Position numbers and translations under genes: made by a program. Shown in pieces: positions 63,755-64,000 of a DNA stretch of 64,000 nucleotides. The notes under the pieces were generated by a model. That model was not told the origin of the DNA, did not search any database, and saw only the letters and a list, made by a program, of their open reading frames with translations. The first letter of the stretch is position 1; every line of letters starts with the position of its first letter. Source of the DNA: the human T2T-CHM13v2.0 reference genome, Homo sapiens; assembly GCF_009914755.1 (NCBI RefSeq), contig NC_060941.1; one strand, written 5' to 3'.

Positions 63755-64000
63755 TGAACTTAGACTTGGAAACTCCAAAGACACAGAATAGGGTCTCCTG
63801 TCAGGGAAGAAGTAAGATTTTAATTTATGCTCATTTAAGATCATCAAATATTGCTGTCATTCCACACATCTTCCTCCTGTTTCTGGCTTTATTCCAAGTT
63901 GTCACTGGAGTCAACAAACATTTGAGAAAGTAAACTCTGAACCATCCTGGCCTTCCATTGGGATGAGCCAGGAAATAATTCCAGCTGAGCATAATGAATC

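Overview
Primate (human-like) non-coding genomic DNA with a high repeat content. I count about 37 Alu/FLAM elements, many with target-site duplications (TSDs). There are many MaLR LTRs (MLT1, MST, THE1), one two-LTR MaLR provirus (41437-43807), solo MER11, LTR8-family, MER21 and MER73/74-like LTRs, and L1M, HAL1, L2, MIR and hAT-Charlie fragments. I can support no protein-coding exon, RNA gene, CpG island or CRISPR array; the supplied ORFs are Alu/LTR translations or chance ORFs. I cannot identify the locus, and repeat subfamily names come from remembered consensus sequences, not a RepeatMasker run. The least explained signal is five pairs of same-orientation local sequence copies, 1.8-55 kb apart, that independent transposition does not explain. 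Several carry junction features expected from templated double-strand-break repair: 7843->63345, 15879->14104, 57213->53464, 36329/38303 and 21803/29755. Also present are a ~110-bp polyadenylated retrocopy with a TSD (54638-54746) and an 18/21-bp minisatellite with a 39-bp higher-order period (385-540). I see no evidence for a new gene-encoded biological system.
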